Made by a program: the position numbers and the translations under genes
Notes under the pieces: model-generated
What the model saw: the letters and a program-made list of their open reading frames with translations, nothing else
Told to the model about the DNA's origin: nothing
Database searches by the model: none
Source of the DNA: an uncultured delta proteobacterium
GTDB taxonomy: Bacteria; Myxococcota; Kuafuiibacteriia; Kuafuiibacteriales; Kuafuiibacteriaceae
Reading direction: 5' to 3'
DNA: 64,000 bases
NCBI GenBank assembly: GCA_963803435.1
Contig: CAWDML010000014.1
Location: 64,001-128,000 of the forward strand
In this document: positions 21,759-30,559 of the stretch, one piece after another
Layout of the letters: every line of letters starts with the position of its first letter
Numbering within the stretch: position 1 is the stretch's first letter

Positions 21759-22474
21759 GCGCCTGCTGGTGGGCGGCGCTGGCGCTGGCGGGCTGCGCGT
21801 CGGCGCGCCCGGACGCGGCGCTGGAGCGGGTGGAGCTCCCCTTTCGACCGGGCCGCAAGGTCGATCGGCTCCTGATCTTGATCCACGGTAAGGGTGACTC
21901 GATCCGCTCGTTTGAAACGAACGGTTTTCTCGACGAGCTGGCCGAGCGCGCCGTCGCGATCGACGCGGTGGCGGTCGTGGTCCGACCGGACGTGCGCGTC
22001 CACGCGTTCGCTCAGCACCTCCACGACGATCTGGTCCTCCCGAAGCGGCAGGAGGGCTACCAGCGGATCTACGTCCTCGGCGTCGCCGAGGGCGGGGAGC
22101 GGGCGCTCGCGTTCGCGCGACGCTACGCCGGTGAGCCCGACGGCTTGATCCTGTTCGCGCCCTACCTCGGCCCGGCCCCGCTGGTCGACACCATCAACGC
22201 GCAGGGCGGGCTCGATCAGTGGCGGCCCTCCCTACCGCTCGGCGAGCTGGACCGCGTCTGGCAGTGGCTCCAGGGCTACGGGCTGGGCGCCGGGCGTCCC
22301 GCGCTTGAGCTGATGTGGGGCGACCGCGATCCCTCGTCCGTGCAGATGACGACGCTCGAGGAGGTGCTGCCTCCCGAGCGCGTGCACCGCGGTCCCGGCG
22401 GGCACGACTGGCCGACCTGGCGCCGGCTCTGGGCGGAGCTCCTCGATCGCGACCCCTTCGGATGGATCCAATGA
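21755..22474 (+). CDS. alpha/beta-hydrolase-fold lipoprotein (elbow reads GVAEGG)
   Basis: LAGC lipobox, IHGKG, APYLG, GGHDW; ATGA overlaps on both sides. Confidence 0.75.
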   Translation: MSACWWAALALAGCASARPDAALERVELPFRPGRKVDRLLILIHGKGDSIRSFETNGFLDELAERAVAIDAVAVVVRPDVRVHAFAQHLHDDLVLPKRQEGYQRIYVLGVAEGGERALAFARRYAGEPDGLILFAPYLGPAPLVDTINAQGGLDQWRPSLPLGELDRVWQWLQGYGLGAGRPALELMWGDRDPSSVQMTTLEEVLPPERVHRGPGGHDWPTWRRLWAELLDRDPFGWIQ

Positions 22475-23109
22475 CGTTCACCTTCGATCCCGCGCACGCG
22501 CTCGAGCACCTGCGGACTTCCGACGCGAGGCTTTCGCGCCTCATCGCCACGGTTGGTCCGTTTCGGATGGAGCTGAAGACCACCTCGAGCGTGTTCGTCG
22601 CGCTCGCCGAGGCCATCGTCTACCAGCAGCTCAACGGGAAGGCGGCCGCCACCATCTTCGGCCGGGTGTGCGCGCTCTTCCCCCGCGCGAAGGCGGGGCC
22701 GAGCCCACGCCAGATCCTGCGAGCCTCCGACGACAAGCTCCGGAGCGCCGGCCTCTCGCGCTCGAAGCTGCTCTCGATCCGAGACCTGGCGGCGCGAGTG
22801 GAGCGGGGTGAGCTGCCCACGCTCGAGGAAGCGGAGCGACTCGATGACGAGACCCTCATCGAGCGACTCACCGAGGTGCGGGGGATCGGCCGGTGGACCG
22901 CGGAGATGTTCTTGATGTTCCGCCTGGGACGCCCCGACGTGCTCCCTGCCGACGACTACGGGGTGAGGAAGGGGTTCGCGACGGTGTACCGGAAGGCCGA
23001 GCTGCCGACGCGACCTCAGCTCGAGAAACACGGCGATCGCTGGCGGCCGTATCGCTCGGTGGCGAGCTGGTACCTGTGGCGCGCCGCCGAGCGGGCCGGA
23101 TCGGATTGA
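22471..23109 (+). CDS. alkA: DNA-3-methyladenine glycosylase II (HhH-GPD)
   Basis: AIVYQQL, LTEVRGIGRWTAEMFLMFRLGRPDVLPADD, WRPYRS. Confidence 0.88.
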   Translation: MTFTFDPAHALEHLRTSDARLSRLIATVGPFRMELKTTSSVFVALAEAIVYQQLNGKAAATIFGRVCALFPRAKAGPSPRQILRASDDKLRSAGLSRSKLLSIRDLAARVERGELPTLEEAERLDDETLIERLTEVRGIGRWTAEMFLMFRLGRPDVLPADDYGVRKGFATVYRKAELPTRPQLEKHGDRWRPYRSVASWYLWRAAERAGSD

Positions 23110-23134
23110 CGGAGCGCACCGGTCCACCACGTCC

Positions 23135-23339
23135 GTCTCGATCACGCTCCACCTCGACGCGAGCTCGCGGTCTCTGCGCGCGCGCTTCGAGGAGCGGCTC
23201 TCGGCCGAGCCTTCCCCGCCCGCACCCCTCCGCGCCCCGTCCGCACCACCCGCCCCTCCTGGGGCGCCATGAGGAGGCGGCCGAGCTGTACCGGCGCATC
23301 GCCGACGATCCGAGGTGGATCTGGAGCTTTGGCGGCTAA
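23135..23339 (+). pseudogene. possible gene remnant with TPR-like tail
   Basis: Coding-like codons VSITLHLD...RFEERL, then in another frame LLGRHEEAAELYRRIADD; no start codon seen. Confidence 0.25.
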
Positions 23340-25081
23340 AAGCTCGCCTCGAAGCCGCCCTCGCCGAAGATCCACACCCGATCCTGTTCGTCGATGCGGA
23401 CGACGGTGAGCATCCGATCGAGGTGAGACTCGATCGTGCGCCAGGTGGCACCAGCATCCTCGCTCACCAGCACGGCGCCGCGCGCACCCACTGCGACGAG
23501 CCGCTCCCCGTCGCGCGTGGCGAGGTCGTAGACGTCCGCGGTCGAGCCGGTGGAGAGGACGCTCCAGCTGACGCCGTCGTCGGTGGAGCGGGCGAGGACG
23601 CCGCTCGGTCCTGCGGCCCAGACGTCCTGCCCGTGGCTGGTCACCGCGTAGTACGTGTTCCAGCCGTCGACGAGCGTGAAGTGCTCGGCGTCGGTGGAGA
23701 CGCCGAGGTAGTACTCGCCGGCGGCGATCAGCGTGCCCGCGGCGGTGCGGTGGAGCCGATCGATCTGCGCGGCGCCGTAGCCGGGATAGCCGAGGAACAA
23801 CGGTTGCCAGGTGAGCCCGTCATCGTCGCTCGCATAACCGGAGACCCCGCCCGCCACCACCCGCCCCGAGGGGAGGCAGGACACGTCGAGGACCAGCGGG
23901 ACGTAGGCGTCCGGGCTCTGGGGGAGGCGGGCGAGCGTCCAGGACGTCCCGGCGGGATCGAGGCGGGCCAGCTCCGCGCCGGCGGCGGCGATCCGGGCGC
24001 CGGTCGGCGTCGTGCAGATGCCGGTGAGGTTGCGCTCGCCGGTCGAGCTGGCCGGAACGAGCGGGAGCTGCGATGGCGACGCGCCCGCGAAGGACCAGGC
24101 GGCGCCGCCGGTACCGACCGCGGCGAAGCTCGGTGAGGTCACGATCGTCGAGGTGGCAGCGAGCAGGCTCTCGCCGAGGATCGGCGCTTCGGTCCAATCG
24201 TTCGGCAGCGATCCGTCCGCGGGGCGGGGTCCGCCGTCGAGCCAGCGGAACGCGTCGTCATAGTGCCAGGGGAAGAGCGCGTGCCCCGCCATCGACGCCC
24301 GCTCGAAGAGACGATCCAGCGGGTAGCCGGCCCGCGCCAGCGCAGCCTCCAGCTGCGGCACGCCGAGCTGGTGGTGGAGATCGCGATAGCCGGTGGCGAC
24401 GTAGATCCGCGGTCCGTCCGGGAGCGCCGGCAGGGGGAACGGCGTCCAGTATCCGCCTGCGATCACCGCCGAGCCGCGGAACGGAGACGCCGGCTCGGCC
24501 AGCAGCCGCAGCGCCATCTGGGTTCCGTTGGAGAAGCCGAGCGCGTAGATGCGCTCCGGATCGACGGTGTAGCGGCGCTCGACGTCTTCGAGGAGCGCGC
24601 GCGTGAACGCCAGGTTGGCGGTCACGTCGGCGGCCGTGCCGTCCCAGTAGTACCAGGTCTGATCGCCCACCGGGATGGTGGTGGAGCGCGGCCGGACCAG
24701 CACGAAGCCGAATCGGTCCGCCGCCTGGATCGCACCGTCGAGCGTGTAGACCTCCTCGGCAGGATCCGGACCCCCGTAGGCGCCGTGGAAGTCGAAGAGG
24801 ACCGGCCAGGCGGACGTGCACCGGGCCGCTTCGGGGACGTAGAGCAGATAGCGGCGCTCCCGGCCGTCGACCTCGAGGGTCTGGTCCCTGAACAGGCCGG
24901 TCTCGCCCAGGCAGGTCGGCTCGCCCCCGTCGGCGGGGCCCGAGTCGGAGGCGCCCGCGTCGACGGGCGCCGCGTCGGGCGGAACGCCGGCGTCGGGGGC
25001 GGGCTCGGCAGCCGGGATTTGCGGGGATCCGCACCCGAGCGCGCCCACGAGGAGGGAGAGCGAGACGGAAGACCGGGCCAT
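23336..25081 (-). CDS. lipoprotein: PHB-depolymerase-like esterase fused to BNR/YCF48-like beta-propeller
   Basis: ALGC lipobox, PDAG/DAG linker, DFHG, GFSNG nucleophile, GHA; Asp-boxes SDDDGLTW, STDDGVSW, SEDAGATW. Confidence 0.8.
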   Translation of the reverse strand: MARSSVSLSLLVGALGCGSPQIPAAEPAPDAGVPPDAAPVDAGASDSGPADGGEPTCLGETGLFRDQTLEVDGRERRYLLYVPEAARCTSAWPVLFDFHGAYGGPDPAEEVYTLDGAIQAADRFGFVLVRPRSTTIPVGDQTWYYWDGTAADVTANLAFTRALLEDVERRYTVDPERIYALGFSNGTQMALRLLAEPASPFRGSAVIAGGYWTPFPLPALPDGPRIYVATGYRDLHHQLGVPQLEAALARAGYPLDRLFERASMAGHALFPWHYDDAFRWLDGGPRPADGSLPNDWTEAPILGESLLAATSTIVTSPSFAAVGTGGAAWSFAGASPSQLPLVPASSTGERNLTGICTTPTGARIAAAGAELARLDPAGTSWTLARLPQSPDAYVPLVLDVSCLPSGRVVAGGVSGYASDDDGLTWQPLFLGYPGYGAAQIDRLHRTAAGTLIAAGEYYLGVSTDAEHFTLVDGWNTYYAVTSHGQDVWAAGPSGVLARSTDDGVSWSVLSTGSTADVYDLATRDGERLVAVGARGAVLVSEDAGATWRTIESHLDRMLTVVRIDEQDRVWIFGEGGFEASF

Positions 25082-25121
25082 CGATCCGGTAGTACCGGCG
25101 CTCCCGCGATGTGACAGGCGC

Positions 25122-27561
25122 TCACTCGAGCGTCCAGAGCCAGCCCTCGATGACCGCCTCCTTGGCGATGAACGCCACGTGCCGCCCGTCCGCCGAGACC
25201 TCCGGGCCCGCCAGCGTGCGCTCCCGATCGCTCGCGTAGAGCACCGCCCGCGTCCCGTCGAGGCCGAGGCGCGCCACAGCCGTCTCACCGGCACACTCCT
25301 CGGCGGTCAACAGCTCCGTCTCGCTCAGGAAGGCCGCGCCATGCACCACGCAGCCGGACGCGGTCGCGACGCGCTGCACCGTGCGTTGCTCCAGATCCAC
25401 GACCGAGACCTCGCCTCGCTCGGGGATCGCCGCGTGCCGTCCGCTCGACGACAGCCCCACACCGAGCGTGGAGTCTGCGGCCGAAGCGATGGTGAACGCC
25501 TCGGGCCCGCCCAGGCGGGACAGGTGGAGGACCGAGTCCTCGCGCTGGAAGAGCCAGCACGCGCCGGCCGCGCTGCACCGAAGCCGCACGCCCCGTGGTG
25601 AGGGCGGCACCACCGCGGCCGGCATCGAGCCGAGCGTCGAGACCCGCTCGCCGCCCGGCCACCGCATCAGGACGGGCCGGACCTGGTCGCGTCCCACGGG
25701 CTCGAGAGAGAAGCCGTACAGCAATCCGTCCGGGGCAGCCTCGGGCCACGTGAACGAGCGATCGTGTGGGCCGATCCGGCGCATCGAACCATCGAGGGTG
25801 ATCATCACCGGCGACCACACCTGGAACGCGTCGGACATCGCGAGCACCTCGTCGTCGACGAAGCCGGTGGTGCGCTCGTTGGCCGGCGTCGACGTCAGGC
25901 GGCGGACGTTCTCCAGCGCGCGGCCGGACCAGTCGCCGGCGAGCACGTCCGACTGCAGATCTCCAGTCACCAGGAACAGTCGCTCGCCGCGCGCACGCAG
26001 CTTCCAGAGGGTGGCCAGCGGGAACCGGCCCAGCTCGGTGCGGGGCGCGAGCCGGCCCGCCTTCGAGGCCACGATGGCGGCGCCGGGGCTCTCATCGGAG
26101 ATCCGCGCGAAGACCCAGAGGTCGGGCTGGGGCCAGCTGAACGCGGTGCGCCCGCCCTCGAGGCCGAGCCAATCGCTGCCGGCGCGCTCGACCTGCTTCG
26201 TCTTCAGATTGACGACTCGGACCTCCGCCGCCGGGAGCTCGTTCGGCACGATCACCACCACGCCGATGCGATCGCCGGACGGTGCAAAGTCGAAGTCTCC
26301 GATCATCTCGCGGGCGGAGCAGCGAAGCACGACCCCGAACGGTGATCCGTCGTCGCTCACGGCCAGGTCCGTGTCGGTGGCCACCGCGACCCGCCGCCCG
26401 TCGTGGCTCGACTCGACCTGCACGAACGGCCCCTCGGCGATCCGAACGGCCGCCCTCGAGGCGAACGGCACGCGATAGAGCGTGGCGTCGCCGCTGGCCG
26501 AGCTCGACACGACCAGGATGGAGTCGTTCGAGCCCGCCCAAGCGATGCTCTGCAAGCTACCTTGCAACCATGGCGTGCGCATGCGGCGGCCGTCCTCGTC
26601 GACCCATTCGAGCGCGCCGCGCGATGCCGCGACCAGACGGTGGCCGGAGGGCGCGGCGGCCACCAGCGACAGGGGCGCGTCCGGACCCGAGGTGATCAGA
26701 CGGGCTCTCCCGGTCACCTCGACGTGCGGCGCGCGCGGGATCGAGGCGACCACCGCCCCGATCGCCGCCACGACGGCCAGCAGCACCGCTCCGCGAAGGC
26801 GGGCCAAGCGCCGACGCCCGGCCGAGAGCATCGCCAGGGCGCCTCGGGCGCTCTCGGGCCGATCACCGGGATCGGGGCTCACGCACGCGCCGATCACGCG
26901 GCGCCAGGCCCGCCACCGCGAGAGGCCGATCGCCCGCAGAACCAGACCTGCGGCGTAGAGGTCGGCCCGCGCGTCAACCGCAGTCCCGGCACCGACCTCC
27001 GGCGCCACGAAGCCGAGCGTCCCGCCGCCGTCGGCCGGCGCGCCGGACGCGAGTGAGAGACCGAAGTCGAGGATTCTTGATCCGGCCCTCGGGCGTCAGC
27101 ATCACGTTGCTCGGCTTGAGATCCCGGTGGACGACGCCGCGCTCGTGCGCAGCCGACAGCGCCTCGAAGAGCTGCACCCCGCAAGACTCGGCCTCGGCCC
27201 GGGAGAGCGAGTCGAGACGGGACGACAGGGGCGCGCCTCGGATCAGCTCCATCGCGACGAAGCACCACGGACCCTCCTGGCCCACCTCGTAGACGTGCGC
27301 CACGCCCGGGTGCTGCACGGAGGCCGCCATCCGGGCCTCGGCGAGCGCGCGGACCTCGGGCGTCGAGCCGCCCGGCAGCATCAGCTTCAGCGCGACCGGA
27401 CGTCCCAGGTGCTCGTCGAAGGCCTCGAAGACCGCGCCCATGCCGCCTCGGCCCAGCCGGCTGCCCAGCCGATAGGCGCCGAGCCGCCCGGGGAACGAGA
27501 GCGGCGGCGGCGGCCGCGCCACCATCCGGAGCGCCTCGTCCAGCTCATCGCCCTCGTCCAC
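25122..27561 (-). CDS. membrane Ser/Thr kinase with extracytoplasmic TolB-like propeller, +1 frameshift near 27075
   Basis: GRGGMG, VALK, HRDLKPSN; removing one A gives IKILDFG...GTLGFVAPE...DLYAAG; then a TM helix and propeller repeats. Confidence 0.85.
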
Positions 27562-27611
27562 GTGAGGATCCTATACCTGCCGGGCGCGCGCGGTTGATAG
27601 CGTGGTGACCG

Positions 27612-28184
27612 ATGGAGGCCTCGCACGAGTCGGCGCTCTTCGAGCTGCACGCAGGTGGCGACTACCAGGCGTGCCTCACCCGGGCGCTCGATCTCTACGG
27701 CCAAGAGCTCCACGGCTTCCTCCGCGCGCGCAGCAACGACGGTGACGCCGACGAGATCTACAGCGTGGTCTGTGCAGCGCTCGTCGAGGCGCTGCCGCGG
27801 TTCGAGCGGCGTGCGAGCTTCCGGACCTGGATGTACCAGATCGCACGCTTCACCGTCGCCCGGGCGTTGCGAGGACGCGCTGCGCCTCACCTTCCCCTCT
27901 CCCAGGTCTCCGACCCCGCGCAGCTGATCGCGCGGCGCTCCGAGCCTCCGTCGCACCTCGGCGAGGCGGCCCAGGCGAGGCTGGCCGCGTTGCGAGCGGA
28001 GCTCTCCGAGGCGGACCGCGAGCTGCTCTACCTCCGCGTGGATCGAGGGCTCGACTGGCGCGAGGTGGCGGAGGCCCTCGGCGAGGGGGCCGAGCCGGAC
28101 GACGCCGTCACCCGTCGCAGCGCCGCCCTGCGGAAGCGGTTCGAGCGGTTGAAGGGCCGCATCCGCCAGCAGCTGCAGCTCTGA
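27612..28184 (+). CDS. ECF sigma factor, divergent from the kinase
   Basis: FERRASFRTWMYQIAR region 2; LSEADRELLYLR...WREVAEAL region 4. Confidence 0.88.
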   Translation: MEASHESALFELHAGGDYQACLTRALDLYGQELHGFLRARSNDGDADEIYSVVCAALVEALPRFERRASFRTWMYQIARFTVARALRGRAAPHLPLSQVSDPAQLIARRSEPPSHLGEAAQARLAALRAELSEADRELLYLRVDRGLDWREVAEALGEGAEPDDAVTRRSAALRKRFERLKGRIRQQLQL

Positions 28185-28206
28185 CGTCACGCTTCTCGGT
28201 CGCGTA

Positions 28207-29787
28207 TCAGACGCGCGCCGCCAGCACCTCCGCGATCGACTCGGCCACCGCAGCGATCGTGAGCGACGGATTCGCACAGAGTGAGCTGGGGATGATCGAG
28301 CCGTCGACGACGAAGAGGTTCGGATTGCCGAAGCACTCGCCGTTCGGATCGACCACACCGTCTGCGCGCAACTCCGCCATGCGGCAGCCGCCCAGCGGAT
28401 GGCTGGTGTTGACGCTGCCGCCGCGCCGATAGTTGTCGAGGAACATCTCGCCGCCGAGCGCCTCGTAGATGCGCCGCATGGCGTCGACCGCCGTGCTCCA
28501 GCGCGCCTCGGTGGCGTCGCTGGTGCGGCGCCAGCGGACGATCGGCCGGTCACCGTCGAGATCGACCTCGCCCTCGCAGTCGTCGAACGCGAGACAGCCC
28601 ATGCTCAACATCCGCGAGGCGAACTTCTCGAGGCGGCGCGCGAAGGGCTCGCCCCAGTCGCGCTCGCGCTCGTCGGCGCCGGTGGAGGCGCGCCCGAGCG
28701 CCTTCGGATCCTGCGGCCGAAGCAGCGTGGAGATGCGGCCGAGCGAGAGATAGAGCGGCTCGGCGTAGAAGGGGAGCAAGACGAAGCCGTGATCGCGGAA
28801 GAAGCTGGGGCAGACGCTGGCGATCGGCTTGCCCTTCTGACCCTCGACGTCGAGCTCGAGGTCGTCGCCCACCAGGCCGGTCACACCGTAGTCGCCGTTG
28901 CCGGAGAGGTGTTGTCCCAGCGCGTCCCCGAACGAGCGATCGCCGGTGAAGTTGTCCGCGGAGCGGAGGAGCAGGCCGGTCGAGGCGACCGCGCCGCCGG
29001 CCACCACCAGGAGCCGGCACTCGATCTCGAGCTCGCGGTCGCGCCCCTGGCGCCGATCGATCGCGCGCACCTGATAGCGATCTCCCGCGGGGAGGATCTC
29101 GAGCACCTCGCAGCCGGAGGTGAAACGCACGCCCGCGTCGAGCGCGTCGCGGAGATAGTTCTTGGTCAGGTTCTGACGGCCCTCGAAGCGCTGCCCCTGG
29201 GTCCACCAACCCTCGTTGGCGTCCTGATCGGTGGCGACCTTCAACGGGATCGCCGTGGCTCCGATGCGCCGGCAGCCCTCGGCGAACACGAAGTCGCGCT
29301 TCGTGGTGAGCTGCCAGTGAGGCACGTCGCGATCGGTCCAGGCCAGGCGGTGAACGCGGAGCTTCTGCTCGACGGTCGCATAGTGGCGATCGAGGGAAGC
29401 GCGGGAGTAGCGCGCCGGCCAGAGGCGGCGACCGTCGCGAACCTGCTCGAAGGCGACAGCCGGCGCGCGCAGGCTGACGCCCGAGTACACGTTGGAGCCG
29501 CCGCCGATCCCGATGCCGCCGAGCACGTTGAGCGTGGCGTTCTCCGGATCCGTGTGCACCTCGACCAGGCGGGAGAGGTAGCTCGGATCGAGCGTGTGCC
29601 GGAACCGATTGCCCTGGGCATTGAGCGGTGGTCCGTCGGACTCCGGGTCATAGCGACCGGTGCTGTCGTCACCCTTGTCGAGGACCCGGACCACGCCGCT
29701 GCCCGCGAGGCGTGCGCCGACGCGTGCCGCCGTCACGGCGCCACCGAAGCCCGAGCCGATGATCACGACGTCGGCGAGCTCGCTCAT
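28207..29787 (-). CDS. GMC oxidoreductase, cholesterol oxidase (ChoD)-like
   Basis: GSGFGG, GGGSNVY, NLTKNYL, SGNGD, HPLGG, GVVD, NPSLTIAAVAE; no signal peptide. Confidence 0.82.
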   Translation of the reverse strand: MSELADVVIIGSGFGGAVTAARVGARLAGSGVVRVLDKGDDSTGRYDPESDGPPLNAQGNRFRHTLDPSYLSRLVEVHTDPENATLNVLGGIGIGGGSNVYSGVSLRAPAVAFEQVRDGRRLWPARYSRASLDRHYATVEQKLRVHRLAWTDRDVPHWQLTTKRDFVFAEGCRRIGATAIPLKVATDQDANEGWWTQGQRFEGRQNLTKNYLRDALDAGVRFTSGCEVLEILPAGDRYQVRAIDRRQGRDRELEIECRLLVVAGGAVASTGLLLRSADNFTGDRSFGDALGQHLSGNGDYGVTGLVGDDLELDVEGQKGKPIASVCPSFFRDHGFVLLPFYAEPLYLSLGRISTLLRPQDPKALGRASTGADERERDWGEPFARRLEKFASRMLSMGCLAFDDCEGEVDLDGDRPIVRWRRTSDATEARWSTAVDAMRRIYEALGGEMFLDNYRRGGSVNTSHPLGGCRMAELRADGVVDPNGECFGNPNLFVVDGSIIPSSLCANPSLTIAAVAESIAEVLAARV

Positions 29788-30488
29788 ATGAGGTCTCCGT
29801 TCGCGTCGATCACCAGCGAGAGGTCGTCGCCGGGCGTCGGCGCCGGATCACGGTTATACGTGTAGTCCTCGACCTCCCCGCTCGCCCGCGTGCGCGGGTA
29901 GCCCGAGACCGCCAAGCGGTCCTCGAAGTCCTCGAACGGTGGGAAGCCGATCGCGACCAGGCCCAGGTCGGAGTACACCGCGCCAAGATAGGCGATGAAG
30001 CAGGCGGCGCGGACGAACAGGAGCGAGGGTGCGCGCAGCGGATCGTCGAACGCCGCCTGAACGGCGGCTTCCCTCAGCTCGGGCGGGAGCTCGCGGAACG
30101 CGGTGAGCGGGCGCTCGAGCGCGGCCAGCGCGTTGAGGTCGGCGTCGAGGATCCGATGGAAGGACTCGTCGAAGGTGGCGGGGGCCGAGAAGTCGAGGGG
30201 CACGCCCGGTAGCAGGCCCTGCGCACGCGCGATGAACACGAAGCTCTCGATGGAAAGGACCCGCTCCGCGCCGGCGGCGGGCGACCCGGCGAGCAACGTC
30301 TCCATCAGGGCGCGCAGGTTGCTGCCATAGCGCGCCGGCGGAGGCGGCGGACCGGGATCGAGCGGTGGATCGTCCAGTTCCGGCGCGTCCCCTGGCGAGG
30401 GCGCACGCAGGAGCCCGCACCCCGCGGCGGAGAAGCCGAGCACGCCGAGGACCTGGAGCACCTCGCGGCGGGAGAGTCCGGCCGCCAT
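29784..30488 (-). CDS. Tat-exported lipoprotein, gluconate-2-dehydrogenase subunit 3-like partner
   Basis: LSRREVL twin-arginine motif, AAGC lipobox, FRELPPELR and GLVAIGFP; ATGA overlap with the GMC gene. Confidence 0.65.
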   Translation of the reverse strand: MAAGLSRREVLQVLGVLGFSAAGCGLLRAPSPGDAPELDDPPLDPGPPPPPARYGSNLRALMETLLAGSPAAGAERVLSIESFVFIARAQGLLPGVPLDFSAPATFDESFHRILDADLNALAALERPLTAFRELPPELREAAVQAAFDDPLRAPSLLFVRAACFIAYLGAVYSDLGLVAIGFPPFEDFEDRLAVSGYPRTRASGEVEDYTYNRDPAPTPGDDLSLVIDANGDLI

Positions 30489-30559
30489 CCTGCCCCGGTA
30501 GCGCGAGGCCGCGCCGTTGTCCGTTCGCAAGAACGCAAGTCGGAGATCAGTAAATTGAT

